From: an uncultured Candidatus Actinomarinales bacterium
GTDB lineage: Bacteria > Actinomycetota > Acidimicrobiia > Actinomarinales > Actinomarinaceae
Direction: 5' to 3'
Length of the DNA: 63,312 bases
Assembly (NCBI GenBank): GCA_963979435.1
Contig: CAXBVE010000004.1
Span: 1 to 63,312, forward strand
Positions 60,293-63,312 of this stretch are shown here, piece by piece. A model generated the notes under the pieces. It was given only the letters and a program-made list of their open reading frames with translations. It was not told the origin of the DNA and ran no database searches. The position numbers and the translations under genes were made by a program. The first letter of the stretch is position 1, and each line of letters begins with the position of its first letter.

Positions 60293-60330
60293 GCCCTTAT
60301 CTGAAAACAGGGGTGGGCAGTTTCATTCAG
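60293..60330 (+). repeat. Second, more decayed partial copy of the tRNA-Phe sequence (direct repeat)
   Basis: GCCCTTATCTGAAAA is identical at 59486-59500 and 60293-60307; similarity continues through CAGGGGTGGGCAGTTTCATTC. Confidence 0.75.
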
Positions 60331-60357
60331 GTTACCAAATATGCCTGAAAGACAATA

Positions 60358-61209
60358 CTATAAAGCTTGAATCCAATCTTCAGGATTATCATCAACAAAA
60401 AAGTCTGAAACAAGTGTCGCATCAGAATCAATGGCATATTGATCAAAATCTGTAATACCCTCTTCTTCTAAAATATCTTGGTCTAAAAAGAAATTTCCTG
60501 TACAGGTTGAAGAATCTCTTTTTAGTACTGCATATGCCGCATCTGCATATATAGATGGCTTTCTAGACCCTTTTACCAACTCTGCACCAATAACATTTCT
60601 AACAGCTGCTGTATCTAAAGATGTTCTTGGCCACAAGCAATTTGAAGCAATACCATCTTTTTGAAATTCTTCAGCAAGTCCGTGTGCTACCAAAGACATT
60701 CCATATTTAGCTGTTGTATAAGCCAAGGTAACCCCAAACCATTTTCTAGAAATATTCAAAGGTGGAGATAAAGTCAAAATATGAGCATTTTCACTTTTCT
60801 TTAAGTGAGGGATACACTGTTGGCTTAATAAGAATGTGCCTCGTACATTAATATTATGCATTAGGTCATATCTTTTCATAGGAGTGTTTACGGTATCAGA
60901 CAAGTGAATTGCACTTGCATTATTTATGCAAATATCGATTCCTCCAAATTTTTCTACACCTTGGGCAACAGCTGAAGCAACTTGTTCTTCGAATCTTATA
61001 TCACAAACCACAGGTAAGGCATTTCCTCCGACTGCCTCAATTTCTTCAGCAGCTGTGTAGATAGTTCCAGGTAAGGTTGGATGAGGTTCAGTAGTTTTTG
61101 CTAATATGATTACATTTGCTCCGTCTTTACCCAGTGTTTTTGCAATCTCTAGACCTACACCTCTAGAGCCACCACTCATGATTATTGTTTTATTTTTAAA
61201 ATTTTCCAT
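60358..61209 (-). CDS. Short-chain dehydrogenase (HSDL2-like)
   Basis: SGGSRGVG, AKTTEPHPTLPGTIYTAA, INNASAI, YTTAKYGMS. Confidence 0.9.
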   Translation of the reverse strand: MENFKNKTIIMSGGSRGVGLEIAKTLGKDGANVIILAKTTEPHPTLPGTIYTAAEEIEAVGGNALPVVCDIRFEEQVASAVAQGVEKFGGIDICINNASAIHLSDTVNTPMKRYDLMHNINVRGTFLLSQQCIPHLKKSENAHILTLSPPLNISRKWFGVTLAYTTAKYGMSLVAHGLAEEFQKDGIASNCLWPRTSLDTAAVRNVIGAELVKGSRKPSIYADAAYAVLKRDSSTCTGNFFLDQDILEEEGITDFDQYAIDSDATLVSDFFVDDNPEDWIQAL

Positions 61210-61221
61210 AGATGTATTCTA

Positions 61222-62484
61222 TTAAAATTGAGTCTCTTCTGTGGAGTTTTTCTTAGAAAGAAGATCTGAATCATTACCCATAACTATTTCCCCAATAGAT
61301 TCGAAATAATCCCCACCAACTTCTTGCTGGTGTTTAATAGCTGTATATCCTTCTTTGGAGAGTTCTAATTCATACTCTTGCAAGTCAACAATTGCCTTCA
61401 TGTTCCCACCTTTATAATTATTTGCCAGGTTATACATAGAGCTAGACATTGAATGAAAACCAGCTAAAGAAACAAATTGGAGTCTATAACCAAATTCAGA
61501 GAGATTTTTTTGAAAATTTGTTATCTCTATATCTGTAAATTTATCCGTCCAGTTAAAAGACGGAGAGCAGTTATAGGCAAGAATTTTGTCAGGGTAATGT
61601 TTTTTTATTTCTGATGCAAATTCTTGAGCAAATCCAAGATCAGGGGTGTTTGTTTCACACCAAATAACATCAGCATATTTTGCATAAGCTAAAGATTTTG
61701 TGATTGCCATTTCTTCATTTTTCTCAATTGGGTAATAACCATCAGATGATCTTTTATTGCTTAAAAAAGGTCTATCAGTTTCATCAAAATCAGAAGTCAT
61801 TAGTTTTGCATTTAATGAATCTGTTCTTGCTATAAGAACAATCGGAGATCCAAGAACATCTGAAGCAAGTCTTGCCGAAGTTAATTTGTTTATATATTCA
61901 TGGGTTGGAATCACTACTTTTCCACCCATGTGCCCACACTTTTTTTCAGAAGCTAGCTGGTCTTCAAAATGTAATCCCGCCACTCCTGATTTAATAAATT
62001 GAGACGTTAATTCAAAGACATTGTAGACGCCACCAAAACCTGATTCAGCGTCAGCGATAACTGGAGGTACAGCTTTTTTTTCTAATTCAACCATTTTTCT
62101 TAATAGCGTGTTGTTAATTTTTTCTACAAAATTTGGACCACTGTTTGAAGGGTATAAAGATAGATCAGGATATGTGTTCGTTCCGCCGTTACTTTCTGCA
62201 GCTACTTGCCACCCACTTACATAAATAAATTCATAATCTAGGTTGAACATTTGTAGTGCTTGTTGAGTTGTTATCGCACCTAGCCCAGAAATAAATTGAT
62301 CATCTCTGTTTAAAAGTGACCAGAGCTTTTCAGCTCCAGTTTTTGATATGGGACTAATTGTTTCAAAAGGAGCTCTTAATTTTTTTATGTCATTTGACGA
62401 ATATCTTCTAGAGATATTTTTCCAACGATCTGCTTCAATATAGCTCTCTATACTTTCAAGTTCATCAAAAGCTTCATTCATCAT
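61222..62484 (-). CDS. aceA: Isocitrate lyase
   Basis: SGWQVAA, DAESGFGG, EKKCGHMGGK, ARTD, YNCSPSFNW, HQQEVG, STEETQF. Confidence 0.95.
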   Translation of the reverse strand: MMNEAFDELESIESYIEADRWKNISRRYSSNDIKKLRAPFETISPISKTGAEKLWSLLNRDDQFISGLGAITTQQALQMFNLDYEFIYVSGWQVAAESNGGTNTYPDLSLYPSNSGPNFVEKINNTLLRKMVELEKKAVPPVIADAESGFGGVYNVFELTSQFIKSGVAGLHFEDQLASEKKCGHMGGKVVIPTHEYINKLTSARLASDVLGSPIVLIARTDSLNAKLMTSDFDETDRPFLSNKRSSDGYYPIEKNEEMAITKSLAYAKYADVIWCETNTPDLGFAQEFASEIKKHYPDKILAYNCSPSFNWTDKFTDIEITNFQKNLSEFGYRLQFVSLAGFHSMSSSMYNLANNYKGGNMKAIVDLQEYELELSKEGYTAIKHQQEVGGDYFESIGEIVMGNDSDLLSKKNSTEETQF

Positions 62485-62490
62485 AAAAAG

Positions 62491-63312
62491 TTAAAGTTGA
62501 CTAGCAGCAACAGAAGCGATAATAACCGTAAGTGTGATTATTCCAAGGGCAGTAATAAGTACTTCATTTTTTGTAATTTTTATTTTTGGACCAGCACTCA
62601 TCACAGCAGAAAATGTCAAGATTGTTGCTGAAATTATCAAGGCAAAGAGCGGTGCGTAATCATGAAAGTTTATGAAAACTTGTGCAATTAAAAATGCTAT
62701 TAAACCACCAACCATGATTGCGCTTAAAGGTATGACAGCAGAACCCGTAATTCTATTTCTTATAATTTGTGCTTCCTCTTCTTCAAAAACGTCAAGCCCT
62801 TTGGGTACTCCCAGAACCACTGAAAGCATGGAAATTAGAGCCTGAAATATAGTAGAAAGCAAAAGTATCCTCCAGAAGGAGCCGAAAACTGGTAATAGGA
62901 AAACAGTAGGATCTTCAGGAAGGATTGGTTCAATAGTTTGCCCAATCGAAGAAGTTATAAAGAATCCGGAGATGGATCCAAAAATAAGTCCCAAACCAAT
63001 TCCTTGAAAAATAGACTCTCTATCTGTTGTTTTTATCCCGTGTCCAATAAAATTTGACTCTAATAATTTTTTAATGTTTACAGTATTGAGAACTCCAAAA
63101 AATGTTGTTAATGCAGTAAGGGCAGCAATATAAGTAGTTCTTTGATAGTCGGTTATAAGGTTAAAAGTTTCGGATTCGAGGATTAGCCCATCATAAAGAT
63201 AAGTGCTAATGGCAATAGCTTGTATGAATCCAGTTACAATTCCAAAGAGAGAACCATATTGGACTGCACGGCCAATTTTTGAAAATAGGTCTGCAGGAGG
63301 TTCAATAGCTTC
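62491..63312 (-). CDS. Multi-pass membrane protein, 5'-truncated by window edge
   Basis: The frame of track ORF 62491-62994 stays open for 106 more codons to the window end; many hydrophobic segments. Confidence 0.7.
   Translation of the reverse strand, partial: EAIEPPADLFSKIGRAVQYGSLFGIVTGFIQAIAISTYLYDGLILESETFNLITDYQRTTYIAALTALTTFFGVLNTVNIKKLLESNFIGHGIKTTDRESIFQGIGLGLIFGSISGFFITSSIGQTIEPILPEDPTVFLLPVFGSFWRILLLSTIFQALISMLSVVLGVPKGLDVFEEEEAQIIRNRITGSAVIPLSAIMVGGLIAFLIAQVFINFHDYAPLFALIISATILTFSAVMSAGPKIKITKNEVLITALGIITLTVIIASVAASQL

Noticed and set aside
730-62002. Many 60-150 aa antisense or overlapping ORFs in the track (e.g. 730-1173, 14387-14782, 41717-42160, 47933-48316)
   Set aside because: They lie within or opposite well-supported genes and have Ser/Ile/Phe-rich shadow-frame composition with no motifs

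Overview
Very AT-rich, densely coded bacterial chromosome segment with tiny or overlapping intergenic spacers. The gene content (hspR-type dnaK operon, bS22, PAC2, DUF3159, alpha/beta aspartokinase, Rv0338c-like Fe-S oxidoreductase) points to a streamlined low-GC actinobacterium, most likely Ca. Actinomarinales; this is an inference, not a database result. Most genes are housekeeping or metabolic: dnaX, murJ, lysC-asd, dcd, copZA, lnt, purAB, an aap/bzt amino-acid ABC transporter, dnaK-grpE-dnaJ-hspR, proC, nadE, selD, typA, aceA and beta-oxidation enzymes. I saw no CRISPR, transposase or integrase. Signals the ORF track misses or does not explain: (1) two in-frame UGA selenoprotein genes (an unannotated CxxU SelW/Rdx gene coupled to a TauE exporter, and the Sec form of SelD), plus a SaoD/DsrE-like gene; (2) two paralogous ~65-aa C-x4-C-x12-C-x2-H microproteins, each behind its own palindromic operator-like site, one upstream of copZA and one heading the dnaK operon; (3) a degenerate tRNA-Phe and a second decayed partial copy that bracket a single hemolysin-III gene; (4) pervasive leaderless promoters, including a palindromic bidirectional -10; (5) small unannotated genes (bS22, a DUF418-like fragment) and a DnaX lacking its zinc module. 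Product calls come from motif recognition only, with no database searches.
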